Shown in pieces: positions 60,881-64,000 of a stretch of DNA of 64,000 nucleotides (the first letter of the stretch is position 1; the number at the start of each line of letters is the position of its first letter). The position numbers and the translations under genes were made by a program. The DNA comes from an uncultured Verrucomicrobiae bacterium (lineage in GTDB: Bacteria; Verrucomicrobiota; Verrucomicrobiia; Chthoniobacterales; Chthoniobacteraceae). The stretch spans positions 128,001 through 192,000 of the forward strand of contig CAVYKI010000009.1 of assembly GCA_963769025.1 (NCBI GenBank), given 5' to 3'. Below the pieces are notes generated by a model. It saw only the letters and a list, made by a program, of their open reading frames with translations, ran no database searches and had not been told where the DNA came from.

Positions 60881-62512
60881 ATGCTCATCCAGCGACTCCA
60901 CCCCGACGACGACGCCATCGTGGCCCTGCGCGATTTGCGCGCGGGCGAAACCGTTTCACTCGACGGGACGCAGTGGACGCTGCGGACGGACATCGCGGCG
61001 AAGCACAAGTTTGCCGCGCGGGATTTTGCCGCGGGCGAACTGGTGAAAATGTACGGCACGGTCGTCGGGCAGGCGCGCGGCGCGATTGCGTGCGGCGAGC
61101 TGCTGTCGCAGGCAAATGTCGCGCACGCCGTGGCTCCGGCCGCGGTGCGCAGCTCCGGTTTTCAATGGACTCCGCCGGACGTGAAGCGCTGGGCCGGCCG
61201 GACGTTCGACGGCTACCGGCGCGCGGACGGGCGCTGCGGAACGGCGAACCACTGGCTCGTGGTGCCGCTGGTGTTTTGCGAAAACAGAAACCTCGAGGTG
61301 ATGCGCGAGGCGCTCACGAAGGGACTCGGCTACGACGTGACCACGCCGTACGCGGACTTCGTCGGCAGGCTTGCGGGCGCGATGCGCGGCGGTGCGTCGC
61401 TCGATGAAATTCACCTGCATGGCGGAGACGCGGCGACGCGCGTTTTCCCGCATGTGGATGGCGTGAAATTTTTGCAGCACAGCATGGGCTGCGGCGGCAC
61501 GCGGCAGGATGCGCGCGCGCTGTGCGGATTGCTTGCCGGATACATTTCGCATCCGAATGTCGCAGGCGCGACGGTCCTCAGCCTCGGCTGCCAGAACGCG
61601 GAGGTGAAGACGCTGATGGAGGAGCTCGCGAAGCGCAGCCCGGACAATGCGAAGCCGCTGCTGGTTTTCGAGCAGCAGAAGAGCACGTCCGAGCGCGACC
61701 TGATGGAGCGCGCGCTGCGCGAGACGTTTCGCGGGATCGCCGCCGCAAACGAACTGCGCCGCGAACCGCTGCCGCTCAGCGAACTCGTGCTCGGGCTGAA
61801 ATGCGGCGGTTCGGATGGCTTCTCGGGCATCTCGGCGAATCCCGCGCTGGGCCACTGCGCAGACCTGCTCGCCGCGCTCGGAGGCTCGTCGGTGCTCTGC
61901 GAATTTCCCGAGCTGTGCGGCGCGGAACAATGGCTGTGCGACCGCTGCGAGGATCCCGCGCTCGCGGAACGCTTCCTGGATCTCATGCGCCGCTATGCCG
62001 AGCGGGCGCACGCGGTCGGCTCGGGCTTCGACATGAATCCCTCGCCCGGCAACATCCGCGACGGGCTGATCACCGACGCGATGAAGAGCCTCGGCGCCGC
62101 GCGAAAGGGCGGGGGAGCGCCCGTCGTGGATGTGCTCGATTATCCGGAACCCGTCACGAGACGCAGCGGCCTCACCTTGCTCTGCACGCCCGGCAGCGAT
62201 GTCGAGGCGACGAGCGCGCTCACGGGAAGCGGTTGCAATGTGATCGTCTTCACGACCGGCCTCGGCACGCCGACGGGAAATCCCGTCTGCCCCGTGATCA
62301 AAATGGCGACGAACACCGAGCTCGCGACGCGCATGGCGGACATCATCGATTTCGACGCCGGCGGAATCGTCGGCGGCGCGAAGACAATCCCCGATGTCGG
62401 CGCGGAACTGCTCGACCACATCATCGAAGTCGCCAGCGGTCGCGCGATTCCCGCAGCCGTGCGGCTCGGGCAGGACGACTTCATCCCGTGGAAGCGCGGC
62501 GTTTCGCTCTGA
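60881..62512 (+). CDS. uxaA: Altronate dehydratase (UxaA family)
   Basis: SAF domain (HKFA), HSMGCGG, LGCQ, GLKCGGSDGFSG, NPSPGN, FTTGLGTP. Confidence 0.9.
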   Translation: MLIQRLHPDDDAIVALRDLRAGETVSLDGTQWTLRTDIAAKHKFAARDFAAGELVKMYGTVVGQARGAIACGELLSQANVAHAVAPAAVRSSGFQWTPPDVKRWAGRTFDGYRRADGRCGTANHWLVVPLVFCENRNLEVMREALTKGLGYDVTTPYADFVGRLAGAMRGGASLDEIHLHGGDAATRVFPHVDGVKFLQHSMGCGGTRQDARALCGLLAGYISHPNVAGATVLSLGCQNAEVKTLMEELAKRSPDNAKPLLVFEQQKSTSERDLMERALRETFRGIAAANELRREPLPLSELVLGLKCGGSDGFSGISANPALGHCADLLAALGGSSVLCEFPELCGAEQWLCDRCEDPALAERFLDLMRRYAERAHAVGSGFDMNPSPGNIRDGLITDAMKSLGAARKGGGAPVVDVLDYPEPVTRRSGLTLLCTPGSDVEATSALTGSGCNVIVFTTGLGTPTGNPVCPVIKMATNTELATRMADIIDFDAGGIVGGAKTIPDVGAELLDHIIEVASGRAIPAAVRLGQDDFIPWKRGVSL

Positions 62513-62520
62513 GGCAAGGC

Positions 62521-62583
62521 ATCCGCAGATTGGAGCAGATTTTCAGGCATCTCCCGCTGCGAAAATCTGCGCAATCTGCGGAT
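62521..62583. repeat. Hairpin after uxaA (REP-like or terminator)
   Basis: ATCCGCAGATTG..GCAGATTTTC / GAAAATCTGC.CAATCTGCGGAT inverted repeat; no U-tract. Confidence 0.65.
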
Positions 62584-62642
62584 TCGACTTCCGGCGAATC
62601 GCAGTTGGCACGGAGCGGGAAGTGAGTGCTATCTTGAGGCCA

Positions 62643-63833
62643 ATGATCCGAATCCTTGCTTCCTTCCTGTTTGCCGCAGCCTTGAGCGCGAATGCCGCCG
62701 TCGAGCTCGGGATCGATGTCCTCAAATCCCAGGGCTTCGCGTCGCTCGAGGGAAAGCGCGTGGGCCTGGTGACCAACCAGACGGGCGTCGATTCGTCCGG
62801 GACGAAGACGCGGATGATTTTCCACAAGGCGAAGAATGTCCAACTGGTCGCGCTTTACTCGCCCGAGCACGGCATCGATGGCACCGCGCTCGCGGGGAAA
62901 TACGTGGCCACCCGCAAGGACCCGGCGACCGGACTCACCGTCCATTCGCTGTACGGCCCGACGCGGAAGCCGACGGCGGAGATGCTGCGCGGCGTCGATG
63001 TGCTCGTGTATGACATGCAGGACATCGGCGTGCGCAGCTACACCTACGTCTCGACGATGGGGCGGTGCATGGAGGCATGCGGCGAGCAGAAGATCCCCTT
63101 CATGGTGCTCGACCGTCCGAACCCGCTCGGCGGGCTGCGGGTCGAGGGCCCTGGCATTGAAGACAGTTGGAAGAGCTTCGTGGGCCAGTTCCCTGTGCCG
63201 TACGTGCACGGGCTTACCGCCGGCGAACTCGCGAAAATGGCGAACGCCCGCGGCTGGATGGAGAGCCGCTGCCAGCTCACCGTCGTGCCGATGCAGGGAT
63301 GGAGCCGCGACATGACGTGGAGCCGCACCGGCCTCCGCTGGGTGCAGACTTCGCCGAACATCCCGCGTTCCGGTTCGGTGGCGTATTATGCCGCGACGAG
63401 CATTTTCGGCTCCCTCGAAGGGGCGGCGCTCGATGTGGGAATCGGCTCCGCCGAGCCATTTCAGATCGCGGGAAAGGCGCGGATGAATCCCGTTGCCTTC
63501 GTGCGCGAGCTTCGTGCGATCGGGCTGCAAAGCCTGAGCGTGGACCCGTATCTCCGGAAGGATTTTGGCGGCGCGCGCCTCAGCCTCACGGCGGACAGCG
63601 ACGTGAACCTTGCCGCGATCAACGTCCAGCTGCTTGCCGTCGCGCAGAAGCTTTCCAACGGGAGCATCTTCGCGCGCTACAAGGACAAGGACGACCTCTT
63701 TTGGAAGATCTACGGCAGCACGGGCATCCGCTCGCAGATCGAGAAAGGCGTGAGCCCGGCGACGATTGTCGCGAGCTGGCAAGCCGGCGTTGCGCGCTTC
63801 CGGGAGGCGCGCCAGTCGTACCTGCTTTACTGA
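62643..63833 (+). CDS. DUF1343 / NamZ-family exo-beta-N-acetylmuramidase
   Basis: Signal peptide; GLVTNQTG, PEHG, SLYG, DMQDIGVRSYTY, LDRPNPLGG, TSPNIP. Confidence 0.88.
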   Translation: MIRILASFLFAAALSANAAVELGIDVLKSQGFASLEGKRVGLVTNQTGVDSSGTKTRMIFHKAKNVQLVALYSPEHGIDGTALAGKYVATRKDPATGLTVHSLYGPTRKPTAEMLRGVDVLVYDMQDIGVRSYTYVSTMGRCMEACGEQKIPFMVLDRPNPLGGLRVEGPGIEDSWKSFVGQFPVPYVHGLTAGELAKMANARGWMESRCQLTVVPMQGWSRDMTWSRTGLRWVQTSPNIPRSGSVAYYAATSIFGSLEGAALDVGIGSAEPFQIAGKARMNPVAFVRELRAIGLQSLSVDPYLRKDFGGARLSLTADSDVNLAAINVQLLAVAQKLSNGSIFARYKDKDDLFWKIYGSTGIRSQIEKGVSPATIVASWQAGVARFREARQSYLLY

Positions 63834-63845
63834 CCGCGACACGCG

Positions 63846-64000
63846 ATGCGAACGGCCCTTTATGGCGGCAGCTTTGATCCGGTCCACCACGGGCATCTCA
63901 TCCTCGCGCGCGAGGCGATGGAGCAGCTTTCGCTCGACCGCGTCGTCTTCATCCCCGCGAGGCGCTCGCCCCACAAGCTCACGCGCACGCCGGCCTCGCC
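63846..64000 (+). CDS. nadD: Nicotinate-nucleotide adenylyltransferase (5' part)
   Basis: Manual translation MRTALYGGSFDPVHHGHLILAREA...FIPARRSPHK; runs off the window. Confidence 0.9.
   Translation, partial: MRTALYGGSFDPVHHGHLILAREAMEQLSLDRVVFIPARRSPHKLTRTPAS

Overview
GC-rich bacterial chromosome segment. Gene content (STK-ECF pair, cytochrome c-FGE fusion, fused ccoNO, HTH-MBL) suggests PVC superphylum, probably Verrucomicrobiota; this is inference. In order: (1) 1-13.2 kb, minus strand: the start of a type I PKS cluster running off the left edge. It has a DH-FkbM-FkbH-ACP loading protein, a serine-specific stand-alone A domain, a free ACP and two dehydrogenases (aminomalonyl-ACP-like cassette), a KS-AT-KR-ACP module and a second KS. 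(2) 13.3-18.9 kb: surface-polysaccharide genes. (3) 19.2-23.3 kb: an accessory island with REP-like palindromes, a ~42-bp hairpin tandem array upstream of a C-skewed hypothetical gene, a poly-proline micro-ORF and a truncated IS5. (4) Ser/Thr kinase plus ECF sigma, eno-ftsB, argF, hppA, dctA. (5) A sialic-acid utilisation cluster. (6) A cbb3 oxidase operon. (7) opcA-zwf, ppc, uxaA, namZ, nadD. Four genes each carry a single +1 frameshift, probably sequencing errors. The best candidates for novel biology are the PKS starter/extender system and the repeat-array-plus-hypothetical-protein module. All calls come from reading motifs by eye; no database searches were run.
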